Below, in pieces: positions 13,996 through 28,254 of a stretch of 64,000 nt of DNA. The stretch comes from Octopus sinensis (Eukaryota): positions 4,960,001 through 5,024,000 of the forward strand of contig NC_043012.1 in the NCBI RefSeq assembly GCF_006345805.1. Reading direction: 5' to 3'. Within the stretch, counting starts at the first letter, position 1, and each line of letters starts with the position of its first letter. The translations under genes and the position numbers were made by a program. The notes beneath the pieces were generated by a model. The model searched no databases and was not told the origin of the DNA. It saw only the letters and a program-made list of their open reading frames with translations.

Positions 13996-14029
13996 CAGCC
14001 ACCATATATTTACGTATTTACTTGCTTGC

Positions 14030-14290
14030 TTGCTTCAGTCATTTGATTGCGGCCATGCTGGAGCACCGCCTTTAGTCCAGCAATCGACTCCAGGACTTAT
14101 AAATTTGTAAGCCTAGTACTCATTCTATCGGTCTCTTTTGCCGAACCAATAAGTTACGGGGACGTAAACACACCAGCATCGGTTGTCAAGCGATGTTGAT
14201 GGGGACAAACACAGACACACATATACACACACATACATATACATATATACGACGCACTTCTTTCGGTTTCCGTCTACCAAATCCACTCAC
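14030..14290 (-). mobile_element. SINE family B (CORE-like composite), partial
   Basis: Matches 17313-17716 and 50479-50896. Confidence 0.85.
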
Positions 14291-14674
14291 AAGGATTTGT
14301 GAGATATATATATATCTGTATACAAAATGTATATATACACACTGTATATAAAATGTATGCATACGCACACACACACACACACACATATATATATGTATGC
14401 ATGTACGTATGTATGTGTGCGTGTATGTGTGTGTGTGTATGATAGTGTATGTCTTTTGTGTCTGTGTTCGTTTCCACTACTGTTTGATAAGCGTTGTTGT
14501 GGCGGTGTATTTACGTCACGTAACATAACCGTTCGGAAGAAATGGCATTGACAGAATAAGTACGGAGCTTTAGAAAATAAGGACTGAGGTGGAATTGTTG
14601 AACGAAAGACCTCGAAAGCGAGACCCCAGCATGGCCGCAATCCAATGACTGAATCTGGTAAAAGTATCTGTATA

Positions 14675-15355
14675 CAGGGTGCATATGACATTTGAGGACA
14701 GATTTATATTTTGTCTCGAGAAAGATCTGCACATAACCATCTGTCATTTCTTCAGTTAACTTTTTGATCTTGGTCGAAGTTTTTCTCGTTTGACAAAGAC
14801 CAAACCAAACCAAACCTTCTGCTAGATTTTTCCGTTAGTTTAAGAGCTTTTTAGATCTGATGTAGTTATTTTCTTTTGCTTTTTCTAAAAAAAAAATACC
14901 TTTCTCCATCATATAAGAGTTATAGCTGATGTCTTCTTGGACAACATTTCTGACTGTTCCTTCTGATACATGGAATTCTTTTGCAACTGACCACATGAAC
15001 TTTCTGGGATTGTAATCAATGGTTGTTGAACTTGCTAGAGGAATTCAGGCGTTCTGATAATTTCAGAGCGTTTATAATGCCTTTTATACTTTGATACTGG
15101 TGATATGTTTCCATCTTCTGTCTCTAACGCCTTACGAACTTTGTACACAAAAGATCTGGCAACATTTAAAACTTGAGATATTTCTAAATCCGTATGCTCA
15201 GCCTTGAAAACCACAATAACATCATGCCTCTTCATTTCTTCAGTAAGCTGAGGTTCTACCATTAATGCTTTCTGAAACAAAGATTATATAGAGTTAGCAA
15301 AAAATGCAGCAATGACCCCCAAAATTGTATGTTCTCAAATACCTTACGCACCCTG
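14675..15355 (-). mobile_element. Internally deleted maT/DD37D-like Tc1/mariner transposon with both TIRs
   Basis: TIRs CAGGGTGCATATGACATTTGAGGACA and CAGGGTGCGTAAGGTATTTGAGAACA (21/26 identical); TA on both flanks; HTH region MKRHDVIVVFKAEHTDLEISQVLNVARSFVYKVRK; SNEKNFDQDQKVN*RNDRWLCADL, then a deletion running to the TIR. Confidence 0.88.
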
Positions 15356-15372
15356 TAGATATATATATATAT

Positions 15373-15700
15373 GAGCATGGCTCAGTGGATTGGGGTGTCG
15401 AGCTTACGTGATATTGTGAGTTCAAATCCCGGACTGGGCTGCATGTTGTATTCTTGAGCAAAACACTTTATTTCATGTTGCTCCAGCTCACTCAGCTATC
15501 GAAATGAGTTGCGACGTCACAGGTGCCAAGCTGTATCGGCCTTTGCCTTTTCCTTGGATAACACTGGTGGCGTGGAGAGGGGAGGCTGGTATGCATGGGC
15601 GACTGCTGGTCTTCCATAAACATCATTGCCCGGACTTGTGCCTGGGAGGGTAACTTTCTAGGTGCAATCCCATGGTCATTCATGACCAAAGGGGGTCTCA
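15373..15700 (+). mobile_element. tRNA-derived SINE (CORE-like head, distinct tail C)
   Basis: A/B-box-like TGGCTCAGTGG ... GAGTTCAAATCCC, then TTCTTGAGCAAAACACTTTATTTCA, shared with 37724-38046. Confidence 0.8.
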
Positions 15701-15814
15701 GCATAGAGAGGGAGGGAGAGAGAGAGGGAGAGAGAGAGGGAGAGAGAGAGGGAGAGAGAGAGGGAGAGAGAGAGGGAGAGAGAGAGAGAGGGAGAGTTAT
15801 GACCATATAGATTC

Positions 15815-16280
15815 CTCTGAAGGTTATTGAAGTAAAGATACCAATTTCCTTCGCAGATGGCAATGAGGTTGAGAAATCTCTCTATTTGTCCCCGTGTAAC
15901 GTGATGTTGATTAAGTAAACTGGCGGCAATAGAAGAGCAATGGTGTTTGTCTTTTTCGTTCAGAGTATGTAGTACCCATGAGTCCAGTTTTTGAACCTTA
16001 CCGATCGGGTATAGGTGACGGGTGACTGACAGCAAAATGAGAGTATCCCGTCTACTGTGGCATATCTCTTGTAGATCGGCGAAGATAGCCTCTGAATGAG
16101 TTCGTTCAATCAATCCACATTGAAATAAATTGGTCGGCCGCAGAGTTAAGAGTCTGTGAAGTTGAACTTCATCTCTTTAACTTGTAGAAACCATTTCTGT
16201 ACAGTTGCAAACAGCAGAAGCGCCTTTTGCGTATGCTGAACAAATGTCTCTAGCGGCTTTAACAACCTTGGAAGCTTGAC
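15815..16280 (-). mobile_element. mariner (DD34D-type) transposase N-terminal relic
   Basis: KAARDICSAY, RHLYPIGKVQKLDSWVLHTL (WVPHEL motif) and RFLNLIAICEGNWYLY (degenerate IVTGDEKW). Confidence 0.8.
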
Positions 16281-16335
16281 ATATATATATATATATATGA
16301 TATATATATATTATATATATATATATAATATATAT

Positions 16336-16368
<33 letters not shown>

Positions 16369-16422
16369 GGGATCTGAATTTAGCATGTTAGGAGTCCACC
16401 TAGTGATCATTCCTCTTACATG

Positions 16423-16470
<48 letters not shown>

Positions 16471-16477
16471 AATGTGT

Positions 16478-16512
<35 letters not shown>

Positions 16513-17312
16513 CAAAAAATTGCTCAATAGTTTTCTTTTATCTTTAATTGACTGCGGCAATTCTGGAGCACTCTTTTCAAGGGATTATTCGAACAAAGTC
16601 ACCTCACCACTTATTTAAAAAGAAAATCCCCAAAAAAACCCATCTAATGTTTATTTTATGAACCTCTCTTGCCGAACGCTAGTTGCGCGAATGTAAACAA
16701 GCCAACACTAGGTGTCAAGCGAGAGTGGCGGAATAACTGCAAACACAGCCGCAGAATTATGTACAGACATAGATATGCACATATACGTTAACAGGGCACG
16801 CTTCCCCGTCTTCCATTTACCAAATTCAGTCAAAAAGCATTATCGCCCTAAAGCTAAAGTAGAAAACGCTCGCCCAAGATGGTTCACCGTTTGGCCGAAC
16901 TCGAAACCACGTGGTTAGAAAACGAGCTTCTTAACCACAGAGCCATGTCAGCGCCAATATTTTAATTCAAATTCTTCATCTTGACATATTTCTTTTGATA
17001 CCGTTGTTATTTTATTGCTCAGCCAGTGATTACTATTGATATTCTTTGTGTCTTAGATATATTTGCTTCAGCAATAAAACTAAACGAAAACAGAAAAAGA
17101 AAGGAAAAATAGCAGCAAAGGAATTACATGCTTTCATAAACATCTGTTGTATTTTTATTGAGAATATAAATATAAATTCCGGTATAGAACCATAGGAGGC
17201 TGGTAAGAAAAAAAACAAAACAAAAACATTGTTTTATGGTTAGTAAACAGAATTCAACAAATTCCTGAGGTCAAAGTTGAACAGAAATTAAAAAAATAAC
17301 TTCCTATTGCTC

Positions 17313-17716
17313 TACTCTTTTACTTGTTTCAGTCATTTGACTGCGGCCATGCTGGAGCACCGCCTTTAGTCGAGCAAATCGACCCCGGGACTTATTCTTT
17401 GCAAGCCCAGTACTTATTCTATCGGTCCCTTTTTTGCCGAACCGCTAAGTGACGGGGACGTAAACACACCAGCATCGGTTGTCAAGCAATGCTAGGGGGA
17501 CAAACACAGACACACAAACATATACATATATACACATATATATATATACATATATACGACAGGCTTCTTTCAGTTTCCGTCTACCAAATCCACTCACAAG
17601 GCATTGGTCGGCCCGGGGCCATAGCAGAAGACACTTGCCCAAGATGCCACGCAGTGGGACTGAACCCGGAACCATGTGGTTGGTTAGCAAGCTACTTACC
17701 ACACAGCCACTCCTGC
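17313..17716 (-). mobile_element. SINE family B, full length
   Basis: tRNA-like head, CORE-like CATCTTGGGCAAGTGTCTTC, internal (AT/CA)n, 3' tail ending in AGTAAAAG repeats. Confidence 0.9.
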
Positions 17717-17866
17717 TGTATCAACAAGATTGCAAAATGGTAAGAGTCGTTAAAGACAGTTAAAATTGACTCGCGGTTGTTTTGTTTTGACTCGGCGTGT
17801 TAACGTTCCTGCCGGTTCGCTGCCTCAACCAGACACAAATATTAAACTACATTATGTTTATTATTA

Positions 17867-18217
17867 TTGGGTAAGTGTCTTCTACTATGGCCCCGGGCCG
17901 ACCAAAGCCTTGTGAGTGGATTTGGTAGATGGAAACTGAAAGAAGCTTGTCGTATATGTATATATATATATATATATGTACGTGTGCATATATGTTTCTG
18001 TATCTGTGTTTGCCCCTCCCCCCTCAACATCGCTTGACAACTGATGGTGGTGTGTTTACGCCCCCGTAACTTAGCGGTTAGGCAAAAGAGACCGATGGAA
18101 TAAGTACTAGGCTTACAAAGAATAAGTCTTGTGGTCGATTTGCTCGACTAAAGGCGGTGCTCCAGCATGGCCACAGCTAAATGACCGAAACAAGTAAAAG
18201 AGTAAAGAGTAAAAGAG
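17867..18217 (+). mobile_element. SINE family B, 5' truncated, inverted relative to 17313-17716
   Basis: Co-linear with 50560-50896. Confidence 0.88.
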
Positions 18218-18514
18218 AATGGGCGGTGACTGGGGATAAGAAAACTCATATAAAAGAACAATTTGAATATAAATGGGTCTTATTTAAGAGACAATGTGTC
18301 ATTGCAAATGACCCATTGTAAATGTACCAAACTGTACAAATAATTGCTGGTACAGCTAATTCAAGTACATCACACCGCGATTGACACTAGTGCGCGTCAA
18401 GTGTCGTTTCCCATAGATCCACATCAAGGAAGGCCATCTGATTAGACCGTAAGGCACAGACAGCCCCTAAAAATTTGTGGCAACCCATCGAAGGAGAAGT
18501 TCTTTTTCTTATAT

Positions 18515-18744
18515 ATTTCTTTACTACCCACAAGGGGCTAAACACAGAGGGGACAAACAAGGACAGACAAACGGATTAAGTCGACTACATCGACCCCAGT
18601 GCGTAACTGGTACTTAATTTATCGACCCCGAAAGGATGAAAGGCAAAGTCGACCTCGGCGGAATTTGAACTCGGAACGTAACGACAGACGAAATACGGTT
18701 ACGAATTTCGCCCGGCATGCAAGCATTTCTACCAGCTCGCCGCC
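18515..18744 (-). mobile_element. SINE family A with 12-bp TSD
   Basis: TTTTTCTTATAT duplicated at 18503-18514 and 18745-18756. Confidence 0.9.
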
Positions 18745-19313
18745 TTTTTCTTATATGTTATATACAATCCGTCAGTCGATTTAACCCCCCGATATCACGA
18801 TCGGATACTTTTATCACAAACCAATCTATGCAAGCAACGGATCTAGGTCTCCAGTTTAAGGATAGCTGTCTCTTTTCTTTCCGCCAATTCTGAGAAAGAA
18901 TCACGTGCGTTGCCCTTCCATTTCTGAATAAACTATGAACGTGTGAATTATGACAGCCAATAATGAAATTTAGAGAAGTCGTTCGGAAACCTTATTCCAA
19001 AATTTTAAAGTAATTATGGGCCGTTTCTCAATTCGACTGACAATAGTCTCTGGAGAGAACATTACAAGGAAGCCTTTTGGGCGGCTCCATAATACAGCAC
19101 AATACAATTTACAGCAATATAAGACACACACGCACACACAAACAAGCACACACACACATACACACACGCACACACACACACACATATATATATATGTATA
19201 TATAGTGTGTTTGTATTTATATGTAAGTATATATGTATATATGTACATACATATATTTGTATATATGTAGATATACATGTGTGTATATACATAAATACTT
19301 ATACATATATATA

Positions 19314-19372
<59 letters not shown>

Positions 19373-20137
19373 CATGCACAGAGACACACAGAGACACACA
19401 GATACACACGCACACACATATATCCCTATATCCCAAGCTCTAAAGAAAAGCTACTTAGATATTTCTGCGGAAGACATTTTCTACACAGGAAAAATATTTT
19501 CACTCTACGTGACTGTGAGACAATGTACGTGTTTTGAAGTCACGTAGAAAGGTGTTTAAATATTGCGGGAGAAAAAAGAGTATTGAAGAGAGAAAGAGAG
19601 AGAAAGAAATTGTGATAGTACGATCAGTAGTGGTAGTAGTAGTAGTAGTAGTAGTAGAAGAAGAAGAAGAAGAAGAAGAAGAAGAAGAAGAAGAAGAAAG
19701 AAGAAGAAGAAGAAGAAGAAGAAGAAGAAGAAAGAAGAGGAGGAGAAAAAGAAGAAAAAGAAAAAGGAGGAGAAGGAGAAGAAGAAGGAAAAGGAGGAGG
19801 AGGAGGAGGTGAAGTAGGAAAAGAAGAACTGAAAAATTAAAAGAAGAAATAACAAATTCAATTTAAAATAGTAATATTAGTTATTGATGATGATGATGAC
19901 GGCCATGATGATATGATGATGATGATGATGATGATGACTATGATGATGATGATAACACTATCAATCGACTGTTTCTTTAACTATTACCTTAAAGTTATAT
20001 TTTTTATTTTATTTGTTTTATATTTTTAATAAATGATGTTAGTATTAATTTTAAGAGCGATAATATTCAATATGGCCGTAATATTAAAGACGGCTTTTTC
20101 TACTTTCTCAAACGAATATCTGCTAGTGATGTTGCTA

Positions 20138-20207
<70 letters not shown>

Positions 20208-20315
20208 AGCAGATGATGATGATGATGATGATGATGATGAAGTTCATAATATCGGTGTTGTAGATGAGGATGATGATTAAACATGCAGAAGCTGTTGTTG
20301 ATAATGATGACAGTG

Positions 20316-20371
<56 letters not shown>

Positions 20372-20775
20372 AACGAAGATGATGATGATGATGATGACGG
20401 CGTAAAATATTCTGTAAATTAAAGTTTCACTAATTATAGACAATTATCAATTCTTGATTCTAATTACAGTTCTTGAAGGAAACGGTTGAAGAAATCAATA
20501 GAGGGAAAGAGAAATTAAAATCAAGAGAGAGAGAGAGAGAGGGGGAGAGAGGGAGAGAGAGAAAGAGAGAAAGAGAGAAGGGAAAGTGAAAATTGCAAAG
20601 AAGCACGCGAGAAAAAGAGAATGAAATTTTTAAAAATTGTTGAAGAACAAAAAAAAAATCCGAGGCAAATGTAATAAAATTTCACCATAAAAAATAACAT
20701 TTTCGGGAAAGTTGATCAAATAGTCAAAGACAAGATATATTTAGAATGGTAAAAATAAATGAAGGTTGCATTCCT

Positions 20776-20844
<69 letters not shown>

Positions 20845-21063
20845 TATTATTATTATTGTTTTGTAAAATAATGCTTTCTCATCATACTGACAGATAATAA
20901 CACAATTTTCTCTGGCGTTTTTAATTTTTCTTATTGCTGGTGGTGATAGTTTTTATTATTGCTATTGTGATCATGGTAATTAATATCATTAATTTACCTT
21001 ATCATTACCACCATCCAGTCCTCCTCCTCCTCATCATCATCATCCTCATCATCTTTACCACTA

Positions 21064-21097
<34 letters not shown>

Positions 21098-21187
21098 CAT
21101 TATTATTATTATTATTATTATCTGACTCCTTTTCATCATATACGTTCACAACAACACAAGTGAGTGTAGTCCTGCATGAATGTTACT

Positions 21188-21219
<32 letters not shown>

Positions 21220-21313
21220 TATTGTAATATTCTATTAAGAATATTTCTATGGATCGACTTAATAGTGTCATCATTTCCTGTTTGACGTGCGTGCATGTGT
21301 TGAAGTGGATATT

Positions 21314-21378
<65 letters not shown>

Positions 21379-21771
21379 GTGGTGTGTGTGTGGTGTGTGT
21401 GTGCATGTACGTATGTATGTATATAGAGAGAGGTTATGAGAGATAATGGTGTCATTGAGACCCAAAAGTGCCAGTAATGCTGAATAAGTGCTATAGATAG
21501 ACCGTAGTTAAGTTGCAGGTTCGATGATTATGCGAATAAGGGGTTCAACGTTGGTCATATGTCAGCGCGTGTATATAAAAGTTTTTTTTCGTAATGAGAT
21601 TTTACTCGTAGGGTATTGGAATCTTATATCTATAACATTCTGCCCAAACAAAATTGGATCTACAGATGCAATATCATTACACATCTCACATCTATATTCT
21701 TTCATTTCCTCCAACTCACTCTCTATTTCGTATCTTATCTAAATTAACTATTTCTTAACCATCCTCTCACA

Positions 21772-21822
21772 CCGTCTCCGATGAAGGGATATAATAAATA
21801 TCCTGGAAATCGGTGTAATACC
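21772..21822 (+). ncRNA. Decayed hammerhead-ribozyme-like motif
   Basis: CCGAUGA, A, 7-bp stem II GGGAUAU/AUAUCCU, G-GAAA, then UCGGUGUA; helices I and III are imperfect. Confidence 0.45.
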
Positions 21823-22428
21823 TTCTATCTATAAATGTTCTAAAATCTACAAAGCGTCGTTTTTTTTTATCTCATTGCGAAAAAAAATTATATGTATATA
21901 TATCTATATATATTCAAGAGTTAAGGAGTAGAGTTGGTAAAATCCGGGCTACATATGTTAAATATAGTAAATATCCAAGCGAGGTGTATACTGCTGGCTA
22001 TTCTTCAGGCCAAGGACATCTCGATTAAATCAGATTGTGTAGAGAGCCCACTAGGAATGGAGAATATAAATGCTGAAGGAAATAAGGATTAATAGAAGGG
22101 GAAAAGGAAACAAATATGAGGGAGTGACAGGAATGAGGAATTCAAGCAAGGTCATAAGACCGGTAGTATTCAATAGGGCTGTAATGGCCGAATTACAGAA
22201 ATTAGCGAGGGGAGTGGTATTGGAAAAAAGATAATGTGGAGGGAAGAGGTAGGGAAATATTTTTGGTGAAGGGGAAGGAAAATATATAGGTAATGAAAAT
22301 ATATAGGTAATGAAGAAAGCAAGAGAGAATGGTAAGGAATCGTGGCGGCTACTTTCTTCCTAAATCTCGATCCCTGGATCTTATACACACACGCACATAC
22401 ACACGCACACACACACACACACACACAC

Positions 22429-22471
<43 letters not shown>

Positions 22472-22553
22472 TGTATATATTCGTGTGTATTTGCGTGCGT
22501 GTGCATGTGAGACCATTCTTCAGTAATAATAAATCGTGTATGTTTCGAGTGGA

Positions 22554-22605
<52 letters not shown>

Positions 22606-25425
22606 TTATTATATATAACGGCCTGGCAGAATCATTGGCACTCAGGACAGAATGTTTAGCAGTATTCTGTTCTTTAAGTCCTGAGATCTATTTCCAACGA
22701 AGTCCACATTTTGTTTCCTTTCGTGGTCGACTTGGATTCGACTGGTACTTATTTAAGGCCTTGTGCACATAGTGGAAAAGTTGTGTCATTCTAGGGATGG
22801 TTTCCGCCCGATTCCAGATTGTTATATGTCCACGTGTTTCATCTCTACATCTACCGATCTATCTACGTATACACAAATTTATGCGTATATACGTACATTT
22901 ATGTGTATATGTCATTCTTTTGGTCAAACATTTCCATTAAATATTAAATTACTTTTCGCATTCTAATTTTTTCGTTTTTGCTAATTACAGATGTAATTAA
23001 TTGACCCGCAATTACTTTGCGCTGCAGCGATTGAAACAAAATTGGGATAACGGCGTCCTTCTAAGAATTTTACTGACTTCATAATAGAATAGAGAAAAAC
23101 AGGAAGAAGTATAAATTATATTAAACGAGCTTCTGAAGATTGAGTAAGGTTTTAAGCTCGAAGAATCGTTAGCAGCTGGCCAATATGTTTAGCAGCATTT
23201 CTTTCGGATCTTTATGTCCCGGGTTCAAAACATGCCGGGGGTCAACTTTGTATTTCATCCCTTCGAAGTCGATAAACTAAAATATTAGTCACGTACTGAA
23301 GTTCATGTAATCAATTGCTATCCGCCCCACCACTCTCAAACAATCAATGGTCTTGAAACCTTCAATGTATCGGCATCTCACTTAGGGTGAAAGTTGTAAT
23401 CTTGCTCACTAACGTTCCATGGAAACTGAGTATGAGTTTAGGGCCCTTATGAATTTTAGGACCCGAGAAACAAAAACGCGTAAAGATAGAATGATATTGT
23501 ATTTCGTTGCATTTCACTAGCGAGGAAAAAGATTTCGATATATCTCTCCCTTGCAAAGAACAGAAACGAGCAATGTAAAACTATCTTTAAAAATGTGACT
23601 AAAATCTTAACCGTAAAACTGTACACTTATAAAAAAATTCACAACGATGGTTTCGATAGACGTGGTTTGGAGAATCTGTTGTCTGAACGCATTGAAGAAT
23701 AATGTCTCGAACAAAATGTGTTTGATTTTCTTTAATATTCTTTATTAATCTTATTGTGCATTTTTTTTATCACTTCTCATCTAAAAATATTTTTGCAGGA
23801 CAATATATATAAATAACGTAAACCGGAGATTCCAATATGGCGCTGTGCTTGATGGACGACCGTCAATACAGGAGAGTAGGAGTTGATAAAAGTAGCAGAG
23901 ATGCAGAGAATCTCTCCTCATAAGAATAATCTCTCTTCATAAGGAAAATATCCCTTCCACTACTTTTGCCGAAGAATATATTTCATTCATTTAACCAAAT
24001 AAAATGGCCACACCACAACTATCAGAAGAAGCAGAAACAACTAGCAACAACCGTAACAAAATAAAAGACAAAAGCAGCAATAGCAAATGCTACAGTAATG
24101 CAACTAAAAGAACTGGTTCCTCTGGGAGAGCAGCGAAAGTCGAGGAGGAAAAGTGTAGGAAGGTAGAAACTTCGTTCGAATGAAGGTAGAAATATCGTTA
24201 TAGCCGTGCTCCGTTGGTAAAAGAAGATGCCTGGATATGTACGAGTATATCGTAAGAACTTTAAATGCCTAGAATTACGAACCAATGTTCAGACAGAAAC
24301 GGGTTTGGACGCAATAGGGAAACAGAAACTCTTCGTAACATACTAAAAGCGAAGCAGCAGTGAAAGTTCGCTTCATTTCTGAAGGTATGAGAAAGAGTCA
24401 CTCCACTGCCTCCGTTCAGAGTGAGGATTTCATCATTATTTTATGTGATCCAGCGAGAGATTTGCCTCTTCAGCTCAATGCTGTACTCAGGTCCATCTCT
24501 GGGTCGTATTGTAATGGTGTTGATCACATAGATCAATACTGTATCCAACTCCATTTCGGTGGCGGTATTTGCGCCTAAACTGCCTTGTAGTGTTCCAATT
24601 CAAACATAATGCTCCCCAATGCCTTTAGCTTCTCAAAAAGTGACTACTTAATGAGTACATACAGAACAGATGAAAAAGAAAACCCGGGGTGGAAACTGCG
24701 TATGGTTCGAAACAGTTGTATACATACCATTTTCTCTGACCACTGAGCAAATGATGTTGTACATTGAAGCAATGCAGCCTCTGAAAACGGGTTCGAAAAC
24801 AAAAGCCAGCAACTTGCGATAGGCGATCCCAGAAAAGGCTTCGATTTACCCAAACAGAAACCTCACAGACGCGAAGGATATTGTACTTTCTCTCTAAGAT
24901 ATCACATGAGTTCTAACTAGTGGTGTGTGGTGTGTGTGCATGTATGTGTGTGTACGTGTCTTTGTTTTCCTGATTCTGCCCCATTAACTCTCGACAATCG
25001 GGTTTCGGTTTGTTTAGGTTCCTATAACTTAGCGCTTCGGCAAAATGGCCAATAGGATAAATACCATCGTTTACAAAAGACAAGAACTGTCGATTTACCC
25101 GATTAAACCTTTAATGGAGATGCCCCAGCATGGCACAACCCTCAGTCCAATGATTGAAACAAGGAAAACCTGTGCACCCATGCGCACACACACACGCATA
25201 CATATATTGTACACATATACATTCTTTTATTGTTTTATACGCTCCAGCCCTAAGGCTGTGGCCATGCCGGAGCACAGACAGTATATAAATATATATGTAT
25301 ATATATGTGGCGAAGAGCTCCGCTCGAAACGTTAAACCCTCTTTCTTTCCTTCCTTCCTGAGCGTCCAATAATACTATGTTTGTTCCACGTCCTCGCGTT
25401 GTTGTGCTTTCTTGTTTGGATTAAT

Positions 25426-25515
<90 letters not shown>

Positions 25516-25614
25516 TATATAATATTATATATATATATAATATATATATATGTATATATATATATATATGTATGTATATACATATATGTATACATATATA
25601 TATATACATATATA

Positions 25615-25684
25615 ATGTGGTACCGGTTTCAGATTTTCAAGATATGTCTGCCCACATATACTTGATTTATCTTCATCAGCCAAC

Positions 25685-25686
<2 letters not shown>
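25615..25686 (-). ncRNA. Type I hammerhead ribozyme (family 2) with extended stem II and palindromic helix III
   Basis: Minus strand AUGUUGG-CUGAUGA-AGAU[AAA UCAAG U AUAUGU GGGCAG ACAUAU CUUGA AA]AUCU-GAAA-CCGG-UA|CCACAU; all conserved core nucleotides present; predicted cut between 25621 and 25620. Confidence 0.8.
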
Positions 25687-25857
<171 letters not shown>

Positions 25858-26976
25858 GTGTGTATAACATACACACACATGTATGTCTGTGCGTATGTAT
25901 GCACATGATAGATATACCTGTGTGTGCATGTGTATGTGTGTGTGTGTTAATCATCATGATCGGTAGATGGGTATTATGATTATTGTTGTGAAAGAAATAA
26001 TTTTTATGTTGTTGTTGTTGTTGTGGTTGATGGTCATGACGATAATGTTATTACTGTTATTGTTGACCGTGCCTTTTTCTGTTTCTATATTTGTTGTAGT
26101 AATAATATTTTCATCTAACTTTTTTGTTGTTGTTGTTTAACAATATAAGAGAAAGACTGAAATAAGAAAAAATAAATAAATGAAATAAAACACAATGATG
26201 TCATCCAAAAGAAAAAAAATGTAATTCATTTTGTCAGTAAGTTAGTTTCCCTCTAGTCTCCATAGTAAAATAACAAAAGATCCTTTGTACATTATTCCAT
26301 CGTAAAGAATTCCATATCTTTCTATCTACGGTAAGTGAAATCGTCTAAATTTAGGTCTTTTTATGCAAAGATTTGGTTACATGAGAGAGAGAAGCAAGAA
26401 AGCAAAGAACGAAAAAAGAAATTTAATGAATTCCACCCACCGCCAACATCAGATGGAAAATGTAAGCCAGGCTATATTAGACGTGGTAAAGTGTATCAAA
26501 GAAATCAGAAGGTATGGATATGAAAATTAAACTTCTAGAAAATGTTCTATTCCAAGAGTGGAATGGTAAAAAGAAACTAATATAACAACACAAACAACAG
26601 AAACATCGAAAGAAAAAAAGAAATAACATATATATATATACATATATAAAAGAAACATATATATATATGTATGTATATATATATATATATATAGAGAGAA
26701 AAGAAAAGTAAAAGAAAAAAACATAAAGAAATATAAAGGCTATGAGTTTGTGTCTATCTGAGAGATGATCAAATATAGAATTACGCTAATATTGATTGTG
26801 GATCGATATTGTATAGATATTAACTTATTTACGGGCTTCATTAATGACGACGAGTTATTCGAACTGTGACTAGGGGCGTGTGTGTGTGTGTGTTTGTATA
26901 TAAATAGCTGCATCAAGTGTGTATCTATGCGCAATATGCATACATAGATATATACAGACGCATAAACACACACAGA

Positions 26977-27022
<46 letters not shown>

Positions 27023-27301
27023 ATATATATATAATATACATATATATACATATATCTGTGTGCATGTAAGTATACATTTTTATATAAATACGTATGTGTA
27101 TATACAAATAGGTATGCATATATATATATATTATATATACATATACATATATCTGTGTGCATGTAAGTATAAATTTTTATATAAATACGTATGTGTATAT
27201 ACAAATAGGTATGCATATATATATATATATATATACACAGACACAAACATATATACATATACAAAGAGCTTGTACATATATATGTATATATGGACTAGTT
27301 A

Positions 27302-27332
<31 letters not shown>

Positions 27333-27721
27333 CATACATACATACATACATACATACATACATTCCGATACTTACCAGGAGATGAAGCTGTGTGAATAAT
27401 CCAGAGATACAATGCATAAAATGTTTCTCTTTCTCTAAAGATATATGTACATATATATAAACTTACAAATAGGTAGATATACATACATATATGTATATAT
27501 ATATGTATATAATGATAAATATCAAAGTGAGTTATATACAGTAGCGGTAACACATCGTGACGTATTTTTGCCATTTCAATATGGCTAACCCCTAAGGGTG
27601 GGTGCTACTGTAGTTTTTAGCCCCAGGAGGACACACTCCTCCAGCTGGCCATAGACACACTTTCTGTGTCCTGTCAGTATTTGCAAAGGGAAGTCATCCT
27701 TCCCGTCTTCAACTTATGATA

Positions 27722-27766
27722 CACACGGACTCGAGTTTCGAGGTATTGACCTCTCGTCAGCGTGTG
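27722..27766 (-). ncRNA. Type I hammerhead ribozyme (family 1), intact
   Basis: Exact reverse complement of 28210-28254. Confidence 0.92.
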
Positions 27767-28209
27767 ACAATCATAGTTGTCGGCGAGAATTAGATCTCCT
27801 TCACAAATACTTATACTTTTTCCAGCGCCCACTGTCGCTGATATTGAAAGAGTGAAATCAAACAATGATAAATATCAAAGTGAGTCATATACAGTAGCGG
27901 TAACACATCGTGACGTATTTTTGCCATTTCAATATGGCTAACCCCTAAGGGTGGGTGCTACTGTAGTTTTTAGCCCCAGGAGGACACACTCCTCCAGCTG
28001 GCCATAGACACACTTTCTGTGTCCTGTCAGTATTTGCAAAGGGAAGTCATGGCAAAAATACGTCACGATGTGTTACCGCTACTGTATATAACTCACTTTG
28101 ATATTTATCATTGTTTGATTTCACTTTTTCAATATCAGCGACAGTGGGCGCTGGAAAAAGTATAAGTATTTGTGAAGGAGATCTAATTCTCGCCGACAAC
28201 TATGATTGT

Positions 28210-28254
28210 CACACGCTGACGAGAGGTCAATACCTCGAAACTCGAGTCCGTGTG
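28210..28254 (+). ncRNA. Type I hammerhead ribozyme (family 1), intact
   Basis: CACACG-CUGACGA-GAGG UCAAUA CCUC-GAAA-CUCGAG-UC|CGUGUG: 6-bp stem I, 4-bp stem II, palindromic ACUCGAGU helix III, GUC cleavage triplet (cut after 28248). Confidence 0.93.
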
